This document shows positions 39,072-52,704 of a DNA stretch of 64,000 bases, one piece after another. The number at the start of each line of letters is the position of its first letter. Positions within the stretch are counted from its first letter, which is position 1. The translations under genes and the position numbers were made by a program. The DNA is from Neoconidiobolus thromboides FSU 785 (Eukaryota > Fungi > Entomophthoromycota): NCBI GenBank assembly GCA_025603075.1, contig MU626285.1, positions 62,001 to 126,000 of the forward strand. Direction: 5' to 3'. Below the pieces are notes generated by a model, which saw only the letters and a program-made list of their open reading frames with translations, searched no databases and was not told the origin of the DNA.

Positions 39072-39741
39072 AATAACAATCTAATTGGAATAATTTATTA
39101 TATAAAACTTGGATTTTTATTATTAAATAAATTAAACTAATGCTTAATGATTGTAATGTTTGCTTTATATTAGGTTGATCATAAGATAATCTTATAGTTT
39201 CAGGGAAATAAAAAACTTGTAAAAGTAAATAATTATAATACCATAAAAAATTTACATGGCAAAATTTATTTTTAGAGTTAAAAAATATTACAATTCCAGC
39301 TAACAGATTACTTTTTTTACACGATTGAATTCTAAGACTATGTTACAACTGATCTAATAGTCCATACTTCCTGATGAATTTACTCGAGTAATTATAAACA
39401 AATATTTACCTAAATAAACAATTAATAATAACCATTGGTGTAAAGGGATGTAAACTTTATCAATTTCCATTAAATCGGTTTTTTAAAATGGTCATATTTA
39501 TATATACAAATAACTAAATTAAAAACTAAACGAATTAAATGATTTAATCAATAAAATATTGCTAAGTGTTTAAAAGTAACAATGAACATATCTAAATATT
39601 GCTATAAAATGCCTACTAAATTAACATACTAATCCAACAAAAACTCAGTTAAATCACTAACTACAAAAATTTATTAATAATAAAATAAATAAATAATGAT
39701 ATAGTATTTAATTCAGATAAGTAAACATTAGTAGGCATTGT

Positions 39742-41325
39742 TTAGTCATTTTTTCTAGAAATATCATCTAATCTAGTTTGAATTTCATCCAAATCACTAT
39801 TAAGCTTAACCAATATAGCTTCAAAACGAGCCTAAATGATATTAATTAATGTTATATAGAACTAAACTATTATTTATAGAGTTACCCTAATAATAGGATT
39901 GGTAGCTGTTTTATATTCCGCCGTCCTCTTAGCAATCATTGCTATTGTATCTTTCTTAGCTTCTTTTAATGTTGACTTTTCTTTAGCAGTTTCTTCATCG
40001 TCTAAAATAAAATTAACAATCTTAGTATAGATATATAGACTAATAATATTACCATCAGATTCGGATTCAGTTTCGTCACTATCACCAGACTCAGTTTCAT
40101 CATCATCATCACCTGAACCGCTTTCATCATTATTATCTGATTCTCTTTCATCTTCATCTTCATCATCTTCATCGTCATCAGAAACTTTTGCTTTGTCTTT
40201 ATTAAATCCATTTTCAATTTTTATCACACTACTACTTTCGTCTACTTTTTCAAGATCTAAGTAACCTCCTTCATTATCATAATCAATCTCTGTGTTGGTT
40301 TCTTCTTCTGCTCCAGGCGTCAATGCTTCTGTTCCAGCTCTTGAAATGTTGTCTTCAACATTTAATTCTTTTCCTGAATTATCAGAATCATTTCCATCCG
40401 ATGCATCAGCTAATTCTATTTATTTTTAGTAAAATCATATCAACTATTATTATTTTTCATTACCGTAGATGACATCATCGGCCTTTACATCTTCAGTTAA
40501 TAACCTCTCAAGCTCATTTTCAACAATTTCAATTGTCTAAATACTAATAAGCGCTATTATATAACTATAAACCTTTTACCTGTCTTGAAACTCTTTTCCT
40601 AAATCTTCTTTTTCTAACATTTTTAAGCGGTGGGGTTATTCCATCACTCCAAATATAAGGATCTTTTTTATTTGGTCTTGAAGGTTTGAGTGTTGGATCG
40701 TCAACTACAATCATCTTCATACAAATTAAGCTTCATATTCAAATAAAATATAAAATGTTATTACCTGAGAGATATCTGCAATTTTAACCATTTGTTTATT
40801 ATTGAATATTTTTTGAGACTCAATAAGCGTTGGTAAATCAACCAATTTAACGGGGTATCCTTTATTTTTTATTTTAATCGCCCCTTCTCTTGGTTCTAGT
40901 TTAATAATTTAATAGCCATTAATAAAAAATTACGATTTCAAATTACGTGAAAAGGTGAGCCCAATAGATTGTGCACCCTCTTTTGTTTTTATAAGCTCCC
41001 TAATTCTATCAGCTAAAAAAATAGGCACTCTTAAGATGGTATGCTCTTCCAAAAAGTCTTCTTCTTCGCCCAAACCCCCCGCATCATCTCCTGAATCTTC
41101 TTCCTCTTCTTCTGCACTTTTCTTCCTCTTTCTACCGTTACTTTTTGTTTTATTATTATTTCCCATCCTTAACGCTTCCACTGTAAGCCTTATTTTAATA
41201 TCCCCATTGGACTTACTGTTTGATTTACTATTGTTTCCTGATCTTACTACATCCTTTCTACGATCTTGTCCATTGCTCTTACTTCTCTTCTTTGGCTTGT
41301 TGAAAAAGCTTCCTGACCTATACAT
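39742..41325 (-). CDS. TAF7: TFIID subunit TAF7, multi-exon
   Basis: LEEHTILRVP, PVKLVDLPTLIESQK, DGITPPLKNVRKRRFRKR; acidic region; C-terminal coiled coil with NPII. Confidence 0.92.
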
Positions 41326-41932
41326 TATTTAAAAATAGCAGCTAAAAATTAATAGGATAAAAATAAATTTCAAGTAATCTTTAAAAATTATAGAACTCAA
41401 ACCATGAAATTTGATTGGGTCTACATTTACTAAAAGTGTATCAGCTAATTTATTATAAAGTTAAGCTGGAATTTATAATATAATTGATAATAGTATGATA
41501 AAATAGAAATGGGATATATATTATCTATTTTGGGTACTTCAAAAAAAATAAGAAAAAGGTAGTTTAGCTAACAATCACTTGGAACTTTATTAAAAATTAA
41601 AAAAGGGGATAAAAAATTGTTCAAAACAACATTTTGAAAATAGCCTATCCTAAGTAAAGATGCTAATTTACCATTACAATAATGATTATTTATAAGCACA
41701 TGAGAATAAAAAAATTATACAATAAAATATTGAATATATATTAATACATTAAGAATGGGAAAGTATAAGCTTTTAGATAAAATGTTTAATCTTATATTAA
41801 ATATAGTTATACCTGAGTTTTAGAAAATATCTCTGATTATTCTACCGCATGTTTTTTATTCAACATTACTTGTTTCATGGTTTATTAAGTGAATAAAATA
41901 GTAAACAAATGACAGACTTATTTAATAGAAAT

Positions 41933-42804
41933 TTATTCTTTATCATAAGGCAATATATGACAACTAAAAAAGCGATTATTAAAATAGTAATAAATAAATA
42001 GTAACAATTACCCTAGTAAACTTGAGTTTACTTCATCTCCCCAGTTTTTAGTAGGTGTCAAAGTTAACACCATAGGTCTACGGATAGCTTTATAACTACC
42101 TCTCAAAATATGTATTTGGATTTTTTTCTATTTTATCTCCCATTAATACGTATTAAAGACAACAGTTAATTCAATTACCTCTTCATTTTCTTTTAAAACA
42201 CCTGGTAGCTGCTGAAGCGGTTTATCGTCGGTTTTAACAACAGTGTGGAATTTAGTTATTAAATCCCCACTTCTTAGTCCCTAAGGCAGTTGAACATTTT
42301 CTTAAAATAAGAATTAGATTGAAACTTACTGCTTTATATCCTGGGCTATTGACACTCACTTTATTGACCTCAGCAAATGGGCTTAATTCTCTAAACTATA
42401 AACTTATTTTTTTCTTGAATTCTAAAATTTATTCACTTATTAACCGATTCTTCCTTTATGTCGCTACTTTCCTTATGATAATCCACTAATGCTTTTTCAA
42501 TCTCATCCATGATCTCTTTTAAATCATTTCTACCACCTAATACTTTCAATAAATGCTAATATTTAAATAATTTACTTACGAATGATTTTAACTCGAGTAT
42601 TTCTTACTGTTGGAATATCAATATCTGCTCTTGGAAATCCTTCTATATCTACTAAGGAACCTTCTAATCCAACTTTGTTCTATTACAGTTATAGTATTAA
42701 ATAGTAACTTAATTTTTGTTTACTTCTCTTAATATGGCTTCATATCCTTTTAACTCATTTTCTAAGCTCTCCTTTTTCTTGATTAATAAATTCAACTTTT
42801 CCAT
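41933..42804 (-). CDS. NAS2: Proteasome regulatory-particle chaperone Nas2/PSMD9, multi-exon
   Basis: Spliced VGLEGSLVDIEGFPRADIDIPTVRNTRVKII (Nas2_N), PDZ-like PFAEVNKVSVNSPG, C-term LTPTKNW...LLGCHILP. Not in the ORF track. Confidence 0.9.
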
Positions 42805-42998
42805 GACGTTTAAAATTGTAAATAAAAAATGAGTTTTTGTAAATCAAGTTTAAAATTTATAAACAACTTTTAGTTCTAAAGGATAGCTTCATATAATATG
42901 TGTAATTTTTCTTATTTTTATTAAACTTTAAAAAACCGAACTTAAATTAACTAATAAAAAATAATGATAATTTAAAATAATTATTAATATTAATAAAC

Positions 42999-45900
42999 TT
43001 AAGATTCTAATAGTTGCTCCATAAGGGATTTTAAAGCTTGGCTATAGGCAGAGATATCGGAGGTATTAGAGACAATATTTAACCTTAATTTAGAAAAAGA
43101 TTTAGGTCTAGTGTGGCATTCCAATGACAAGCTTAAAAACATAGTATTTAAAAATTTCAATACAATGGTAGCATCATCAGAATCTTTGACTTTAAGCCTA
43201 AGCGCATGATTATAAAACGAAAGTGAAAATGTTTTTAATCTTTCATGAAGGGTAGGGGCTTCTAATCCGAGCACATTAAAATTAAACTTGACCCCGGAAA
43301 TTAATAAAAATTGATAGACCTTCCAAAAATCTTCAGTTAAAAATAAGTTCGATTGATCTGTACTGGAACAAAGTTTGGAGCAATAATCGTCTAATTTCGT
43401 ATTAAATTTACTGACTACATTCTGCTGTGATAATTGGACAACTAACTTATTCAAATCACTATTATTAAATGCTTTATCTAACAGCGTGCTATAAATTAAA
43501 AATTCTTCGTATCTCTTAAGTTGTATCATCGCATTCAAAAATAATTTAATAGCTCCTGAGCTGATTGTGACACTTTGGGGACTAATATTTTGAATATCTG
43601 TTACTCCAATTCTTTTAATAAAGGCAGCAATAATTAAAGATCCTGCTTTTTCTGTATCCGAACCTGAAGATACAGCGATATTTTGTATTTCACTAATAAA
43701 GTATAAATAAAAATTAAAAAAATATGAAATATCCTTACATTTCCAATTGTAGCATTGGTAAAATATCTTTAAAGTGATTGAGCAGTAGCTCAGATATCCT
43801 ACTTTGCGCAAAAACTGGAGATCCCGAGTTTGATCTTTTTAATGTGGATTTATTACGTTGTAACGTAGATCCTGACCTATCTAGAGACTTTATGGGGATG
43901 TCTTCAGGTGACAACACATTTCTTCTCGAAGCTGATCTCATAGGTCTAGCTGGAGGACTTTGCTTAATAGAACCTTGACGAGTAAGACCTGAAGGATTTG
44001 TAGCTTCCATATCATAAACAGTTGGATAAAACAATGAGTAAATTAATGGTGTTAATAAAGAATAATCATGCTGTGACTGATTTAAATTTAGTAGCTTCTT
44101 CAACATATTAAATGTTAACTCCAAGGCTTGGGAACAATATTTAGACAATATGTTTTTAATGATTTCCTGTAAATCAAAGTTATTATAAAAACAAATAAGC
44201 TGAAATATTTTTACCGTAACCAAATCAACAATTGGAGCGGAGTAACTGTATGCTAGTAAATTGACAATTTCCCTAAAACAGTCAATAAAGCAAAATGTTT
44301 CAAATAAAAGAACTTACTCTTCCAAGCCCAAAAGTTCCTTTAAGGCCTTGTTTTCAATAAGGTATCTTAATCTTCTAGGGAAAGTATTACTTGAAGCGTT
44401 AGCGAAATTTGAATTTATAGTGGAAACTGAAAGTGGCTGAATCCTCGAAAAATTAAAGGGTACAGAATAAGCAAATTTCTCAACATCTGATTTAAACTTT
44501 AATTGTGGATCTACTACTACTTCTTCCTTCTTTTCTTCCAATTTAAAATCTTTCAAACTTTGAATTTCTTTATCATTAGGATACCCTTGAATGGATTCGC
44601 ATAATAAATCTAAAGCTGTTTGACTTACCCCTGAGCTATTCTGTATCAATTCCATCAATCTTTCACTAGCTTCTTTTAAATTTCTTGTATATATTAAATC
44701 TTCACAACGATATAAATCTTTTTGTTGTTTAGGTATACGATGTGGAATAGCATTAATTAAAACATCGTTTAAATAATCATAATAGCCCAACTCTCCAATA
44801 TCAGATACTACATAAAATCTATTTACTTTGGAATTGGATCTAGTTATTGCTGTTATTGGACTAGTATAACCTTGTTTGTCAGCAACAACCAAGCCCATAT
44901 TATTCTCTTGATTTAAAGAATACAAATAAGTTCTATAATCATAAGATGCTGCCATAATTTGATCTGAATGAGAATTAGACCAATCGACCTTAAAATAACA
45001 TTAATTAAATATAAAGTTATAGCATTTATAGCTTACTGAACTAAGAGAATTAATGGCTCTACCCATTTTCATAACAGGCGAATTCGAGTATCTTATATCC
45101 CATACAGAAAGAATACCATCATTACCTGGTCATAATATTTAGAATAAAATAATATATTATACAGATTAGTTAATACCTGCAGATGCTAACCAATAAGGTA
45201 CAAATGGGGACCATTTTAAAGAGTTAATAGAATTCCAATGACGAAAAGATGCGGAGTTGAAAGCAAATCTATTTGACCTTACATCGATTATTTTCATGCT
45301 CCCTTTATTATCACCAACAGCAATCATACCTGGCATCGATTGATAATTCGGACACCAGTTGCTTGCTTGGGCCTCATTTTCTCCTAAAGGTTGAACGAAA
45401 ATAGGAGTTTTTGAGTTCATAACATCCCAATAAAATAGATGGCCACCATATAATGAATGAAACTTATCAGTACTTGGTAATACTGGATAATTATAGGGGG
45501 TTGGACTGAACTCTAAGTTTAAAATTCTAGAATTTTTAACTTTGGTTTCTAGCTTATGATGGTATTGCGTTTTAATCAACAGTCGAGTTTCTTTATTATC
45601 TGGGTCTTCTGGATCGTTTAGGAAATCTAAAGGTGGTTTTAATAGACTTATACAACCATCCCAATGTCCTGATAATATATATGAACCACTCCATGATAAT
45701 GAGTAAATTGGTGTTGGAGTAGTAAAAGTTGAGCGCCACTGTTTCAAAATTTAGAAATATATTAAATATAAAATGAAAATATCATTACGCTTATTTCTTC
45801 CCCTTCATCAATAGATAAAAATAAGTTATTTCTTTTTGAACCTGCTCCAACTGCAATGAAGTGACTATTCTAATCAAATATGAGTTTTTCCATTTGGTTT

Positions 45901-46154
45901 ATATATTTTATTTATTACATCACTTTTAGCCATACATGTTATAAATTTATCTTTTTCTTGTACTAAATGGACCTTTTTAGTTTTGAGCTTGCTTTAAATT
46001 TTAAGGTTTAAATTTAAAAATATTATATAGTTAACTGTTACTTAAAATTTTTAAACGATGGCTCCTGTCTCCACTGACCCAAACTATGTATAAATCCGTG
46101 GCCTAGTTCATTCCCTCCTCCTTTTCGATTGATGTTCTCTTTTAATAACTCCAT
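42999..46154 (-). CDS. WD40-repeat protein with C-terminal helical region, multi-exon
   Basis: WD motifs IYSLSW, GHWDGCISL, GDNKGSMKIIDVR, HWNSINSLKWSPFVPYWLASAG, DGILSVWDIR; ORF-track pieces join by GT-AG introns; start codon tentative. Confidence 0.75.
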
Positions 46155-47026
46155 TCTATCTGTTAGTAAAATTGATCCTTTTTGTTTTTTGATGGCTTAT
46201 TTTAGTCACTGTTACTTGAGTTTGATTGGCTCCAAGGTATTAAATTAATTTTCTTCAATTTATTAGGTAATCAGTAAACATTAAAAGACACTTGTAATAT
46301 GAAAGTTGAGTAGTTAAGAAATTTATTAAAGTTGAGAAATGTATAATCTATAGATGATAAAGTATTATATTAAAAAAATTATCTTTTTCAGTGAAAAATA
46401 CCAAGTTAATTTGCTCATTTGAAATTTTAAAAATATTTTGAAATTAATTTTAAAAACAAAAATATGATTATACAATTACTAGAAGCTTAAAAAACTCATA
46501 GGGGTTATTCATCTAACATATAACCAAAGTAATACGTTGAATATGTAAATTTCCTTTAAAAAACATTACAAAGCAATAGTAATATTTAGTATATAATAAT
46601 GTGTAAAAAAATGAAATACCACAAGTTAAAGAATAGATTCATAACTGAAAGAAAAAGAGCAGTTAAATGTTCCAATTAGGGGATTCAATTCCTTTTACAA
46701 GAAGGTACTTATTGAGCCTCCCTAAACAATCAAGTTGAAATTTTTGGAAGCGTTTATACGTTTAACTATAACTACTTTTATAACTCAAACTAAGATACTA
46801 AACTAGAATTTGATAAAAAAGTAAATAGAAATGGCAACTTTATTTCAAGCATTAAGAGTAAGAAAATGGATATTGAAAATAAAAACTTGTATCAAAATCT
46901 TATTTGGATAGGGGTATATATTACACGTTACTGATAACCAATAAATTTAAACTAAGAGGATAGTCCTGAAAAATGGCTTTATATAAATTAGATTAAATAA
47001 TACACGGCTTGCATAAATAAATTAAT

Positions 47027-48692
47027 TTAATTCCGCCCAAATTTAGCCTCAATAGTTATTACATCCGGAATACCAAGTTCAGGCTAAAAAGACATTAGAT
47101 ATTTGATACGTAAAATTAAATTTAATGTTACTTTATCGCTATTCAAACTAATTTCGTTATGGCTTAATTCATTCAACAAAACTGGAAGTGATTGGCATTG
47201 GTAAAAGCCACATTTCTAAATTATTAGTTTGATTTAAAATGAAATTAAAACTGAATTACCTCTGACCATGCGGATAAACAAATCCAACAGAAGCGATGTC
47301 CACAATAAAGGCAGTCTACTTTATTACATCCATCGTCTCTATTTATTAAAATACGACAATGTGGGCAGCTTTTACTATAATTAAAGTTAATACATATTTA
47401 TTATGGTTCATAGCCTTAAATTACCTATTCTTTAGTGTCCAACTTATGTTTTTAAGCTGTTCTTCGGATTCTGCTCCAATTTCTACTTTTCTTTTCATAT
47501 ATTCTAAGCATGAGATTCCATAATGATGGTCATTGGAACCACAAAGTAAACATAAAACGCTGCTGCATTTATGACTAAATATAAAGTTAAGTCATGTCAT
47601 TTCCAATAGCAATTGTAAATTTACCATAATGTTTGTGGAAATCTAGAAATATGTTCAAATTGTAATTCTTTCCATACTTCAGGCTTTAATTCTATCGCAA
47701 TTAACCGAGATGAAATTTCAGATGCTCGAATCATCAATTTATTACACATTAGCTCATTTGCACCAAAAGTTCTAAAAAATATTATTATTTTAAAAAGTAG
47801 TGTTAAAATATTTTTACTCTGGTAAAAGTTGAATCAAATGATCGGCTGTTTTTCTATATATTTCACTTCCCCCAGAAACTCTACCTTCTAAAAAGTAACT
47901 ATAATCATATTTGAGGCTACCTAAAAATCTCTTTATTGAATCTGCGTCCACATTTGCATTTATAAGCAAAGAAAGACAATCCTTTTCAAGACTTTCAATG
48001 TATCTAATTATTATTAGAAAAAACAAATAATGGGTTTTAGTGAAATAGTTACTTTCTTTTACCACTATCGTTGAGTTCTAACTCAACCTTTGCAGCAAAA
48101 ACTTCTTCTCCACATTCGCCACAAGAACGGCTCATAGAACGATAAGGTTTGTTATATATTTTATATTGACTTAAGGTTTTTGAGTCCACATACTAAAATC
48201 GTTAGAATTTATTGATTTCTATCAAATTATTATGGTTACCCTGCTCCATTCTGAAATAGGTAAGACATCTTGGCATACTGGGCATTTTATTTTTGTAACG
48301 TTTAATCCCCATGAATTGTTTACAACTTCTTTAACGTAACGGTTAAAACAATCTCTGCAAAATTGATCTCTGCACCTGTTGAGACATAGTTCTTGATTTT
48401 TATCAAAACATATAGAGCATCGGCATAGCCAGTATTCTATATCGTTGGACGATGCCCCAGAAAGAGAATCATGCCCTTTCTTTTGATATAATGATTTGGG
48501 ACCACCAGATACTATTGATAAGATTGAATAGATCACCTTTATTAAAATCATTGGTACAAATATAGCAGGAAATAGCAAATAGAACAAAGGTACTGAATAA
48601 TGATTCATAAATTGAAAAAAGCTTGAGGATGAGCTTAAGGAAGAGTTTATCACTCCAATGCCATTGTCTTCAATTAAGCTACTCATTGTCAA
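47027..48692 (-). CDS. RBR (RING-IBR-RING) E3 ubiquitin ligase with N-terminal TM segment
   Basis: RING1 CSICFD..CRDQFCRDC..CPVC; RING2 CPHCRILINRDDGCNKVDCLYCGHRFCWIC with catalytic Cys; hydrophobic N-terminal helix. Confidence 0.88.
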
Positions 48693-50041
48693 TAAACTGA
48701 TTGCTGTTAGATTGTGTACAGATAAAAATCAAATAGGTGAATTGGACAATATATATTGAAACTTATAGGGAAAGGGCAATGTTAATATAAAGATAAAATG
48801 GCTAAAGTGATGCAGAAAAAAATGAAAAAAAGATAATTTTAATAGCCGTCAATGCTTTATTTTAAACAACTCAAATAGAATTTATCAAATGATTTTATGT
48901 AAATTCAACCCACCTTATTTGACAAATATGATCTAATTTTTAAATTAAGGTAAGGAATTGGTGACTGTTCATTTGCTATTTTCTATATTTGGTCATTCAG
49001 TTGTTTAAGAAATTTAAAATGAATAACTCATTATAAAACAGTTCTAATGCATTTATTAGGCTGATTTGATACATGTTTAATGCGATAAAAAAAGTCAAAA
49101 TTTGAGGTGAAGCAACAGACAATAAAACTTATAAAATACATAAAAAACATGATATTATTATAGTTTATAAAGCGACTTAACTATTAACAAAAAGTATACG
49201 AAATAGAATGAAGCGATCAATTCAACGACAATTTCAAGTGCTGTTAAAACTGAACCAATCGAATTAAATGGAAATTTTATATTTAATTTTAGATTCATTT
49301 GATTCTATTTTAGTCATAAGTAATTGAGCTTCCACCCAATAACCTACATAATAGGGCTTAGTAGTTTCAGAACTGATAAATTTAGTGTAAAAGCTTACAA
49401 ATTATTGAGGGATGATTTCTAACATTGATAGAAAACGATTTTATGGCGAATCATCAAAGCTAATAAATTCAATAAACAGATTAATTTATATAGCTTTTAA
49501 TTTCCATTCATTTATAATTATGAAAACTATTAATATTCGGAATATTTTATAATCATTAGTTATTGTTTTATGTCATCGCTATAATAAAGTGCTTTATTTT
49601 TTTAAAATCATTAATATTGTTTAAATAAATTCTATTATGATGACACTGATTTACATAACATTTAATAAGTTTATTAAATATTTTTAAAGCAACTTTAAAG
49701 ATAAAACTATATAAAATTAATGCTTGAATTTTTATCTTTAAATATAATATTTATATGCATGTGTTATTTTTGATCTATTTTATTATATTGTTTAATAATC
49801 GGCCATTTTATTAAGATTCACATAATTTAGAATATTCAGTGATATATAATATAAATAAAACTTACTTTGACTATTTTTGGGCTTAGAATTTAATAAAATA
49901 TTATTCTAAAACATTGAGTAAATTATTTATTAGGTTGCTTCAAATTTTTTAAACTTTTTTGGGCGAATCCAAAGTGGTAAAAGTAGATTTGAAATGGTAA
50001 GCATTTTGATGTAAAATAGTTTTTGCTTAACCTAAAAAATT

Positions 50042-50133
50042 AAAGATGTATTTCTGTTTGGGAATTTTACTAACAATTTTTCCACTTAAATAGTACTTAA
50101 AAATGAAAAAATAATGAAACCAAGAAATAGCCT
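50042..50133 (+). mobile_element. MITE copy 11 (degenerate)
   Basis: AAAGATGTATTTC..TTTTCCACTTAAATAGTACTTAAAAATGAAAAAATAATGAAACC. Confidence 0.7.
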
Positions 50134-50664
50134 AAGTTGTATGGTGATGGTATAGGTGTATTAATAACAATATCATATTGAATTTTTTGCTAAAATGATT
50201 TTATAGAGTGAGATAAAGATCAATAACAAAATTTAGTTAAATTCAAAATGCTAATTTTATTTATTTATTTATACAACCGAGTGTTAAATAACAGGTACAT
50301 TTAACTTTTTTAAATTAAATTAACACTAAAAAGTTAAAATATTAAATGAAAGTATTTTTTATTAAAAAATTTACTGCTAAATATTAAGTTGTAATAAAGA
50401 TAAATATAATTAAAAATAAATGTTTGCTTAACATTTAACTGCAAATTTCTTCATTTATTAAAAGTGCATTTTGTTTAATATTTAAAGTTTTTAGCATAAA
50501 CTTATTAATTTATATAATTTTAAAAAAATCAAAATTAAATACAGCTATTTTATAAAATGAACTTAATCTATTAACTATGCTTCAGTTATATATGTCTATT
50601 TACTATTAAAGAAAAATAAAGAATCTAGTTAAAAATAATGCATTTTTTTATAATTATAAGATAA

Positions 50665-50759
50665 GGGGATAATTTTTTTGGGTTCATTACTTTTTCATCT
50701 TTTAAGTACTATTTGAACGAAAAAATTACTAGTAAAATTATTAAGCAAAAAATACATCC
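50665..50759 (-). mobile_element. MITE copy 12
   Basis: GGGGATAATTTTTTTGGGTTCATTACTTTTTC...AAAAAATACATCC|ATAT. Confidence 0.75.
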
Positions 50760-51535
50760 ATATAATTTGTGGTAATTTGTTTTTTTTGGCACAAGTGGCA
50801 TAAGTAATTAACTGCAACTATAAAATCATTTTGGACTAATCAAAAGTATATAACATTATATTATTGGTGATTATGGAATATAAATAATTACTTGATTTAT
50901 AATGGAAGTAACATTAAAAGCTTTCAGGTAAAAAACAACTATTAGAAATTTTAAAAAACGAAATGGCTATTGCAGAGCTTACAGCCTATTTTTTGTATAA
51001 GTCAAAAATATTGTTATAAATTAGTTTATAAAGTAGATTTTGGACTAAATGTTCACTTTTTTATTAAAACTAAAACCTAAATTTTACTCTTTCTGATTAA
51101 AACTAACACTAAATAAATTACCTTAAATGAAGCTACTGTGAAGATGTTATAACTTTACATGAAATATAGCCTTTTGTTTATAAAATAAGAAGCCTTTAAG
51201 AGCAAAATATTGTTTAAAGGATGAGTCAAACAAAAAACTGGTCGCTTTTTGAGCTCTAATTTACGCTTTGAAAAAGTAAATAGCAATTTGATGATTGTTT
51301 TTATGAAAATAATTGATGATAAAAAGCCTATACCTAATAAATATCCACCTTATCTTCCTTAATCAGTGAGTAACGATGCTCTCAAGACTCTTAGTTTAAG
51401 TATTTTCGTTCGAAAGTTAATTGGCAGGAAAGCGAAAAATGTCCTTGATTTAACCAATCAACAAATTTTAACAATTTTATAAAAGTAACCTATTTAAAAA
51501 TATAATAACTTTCATTATTTTTAAAAAGCAAAAAA

Positions 51536-52226
51536 ATGTCTACAGAAAGAGCAATCGAAGAATTAGAGAACAATATCAACGAGTTTGAGAAAGCAGTAGA
51601 CATGATATTAGATCCAGAGTTTGCAGAAAACGTAAACAACTTAGATACAATAGACAAATGTCAACTTGAAGTATTATTATGTTATGCAATTAACAATAAT
51701 CTTTGGTGTAAGTCTATTTTTTTAAAAACAAAAAAATATACCACTAACTTTTCTTAAGCATATATGATGCTGAAAGGAATTGATATGAAAGACCATCCTA
51801 TATTGAGAGAATTAGTAAAGTTATTTAAGATAATAAAATATAGATTTAAGACTAGAATTAGGCAAGATCAAGAGAATACATTAAGAAAATCAAAGAGCTT
51901 CAAGGAAGAGGAGGACGTAATAATATATTATATGTTAAGATTAAAAGTTATTAACTTGATAATAGCAAGTACGAGAGTAAACATTCCAGCAGCTCAAAGG
52001 GTTATAAAACATTCGCTAGCAGAGAATGAAGAAACTCAAGGTAAAAAACATTTTACTATATAGATAAACTAATAAAATCAGAAGAAGAAAAGGAAGACAA
52101 CGGAAATAAAGAAGTAAATAAAAAAGAAACTAGAAATAACAAGATAAAGAAAAACAATAAGAAAGGTAATTTTTAGTATATTATAATTAATAAAATTCTA
52201 AAAATTGATAAGGTGGCAAAAAATAG
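51536..52226 (+). CDS. C1D: Nuclear exosome cofactor C1D/Rrp47 (Sas10/Utp3/C1D domain), multi-exon
   Basis: KCQLEVLLCYAINNNLW..MLKGIDMKDHPILREL; RVNIPAAQRVIKHSL; basic tail. Confidence 0.85.
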
Positions 52227-52704
52227 ATATTTCGTAAAGATTGAATAAGGAGGATAAATTAAATATAAATTTTATAGATCATTATTATTATTAAATTTAT
52301 TTTAAATAATATGTTATTTTCAATTCGAATATTTATAATTTATACTTTGTAATTTTTGTATTGACAATTGAAAGCATTTTAATATAAATAACCATGATAA
52401 TGATCAAAGATTATTACAAATAACTGTATAAATTAAATGTATAATCCTTTTTGATTATATTGTATGCGGATTAATAGTTAGATATAATTTTATGTTTTGA
52501 TACTTTTATTAGCTAAATTAGTTATATAATAAGCGAAATTAAATGAATACCTAATTTATTTTAATAAATAGTATCAGTTGAATACTATAATATTATGATA
52601 TAATAATGTCCGATTTCTTGAGCGTTTTTAAATCAAAATTTGCAAAGTAAAATAACAGCTGTCATATTTTCTCATATAAGTTTTTTTTATTCGAATTTTA
52701 GCAG

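Noticed and set aside
40856-40864. GTATCCTTT U12-like donor on the plus strand
   Set aside because: Lies antisense within a TAF7 coding exon (NKGYP).
46674-46700. T-loop-like GGGGATTCAATTCC
   Set aside because: No acceptor, D or anticodon arms can be built around it.
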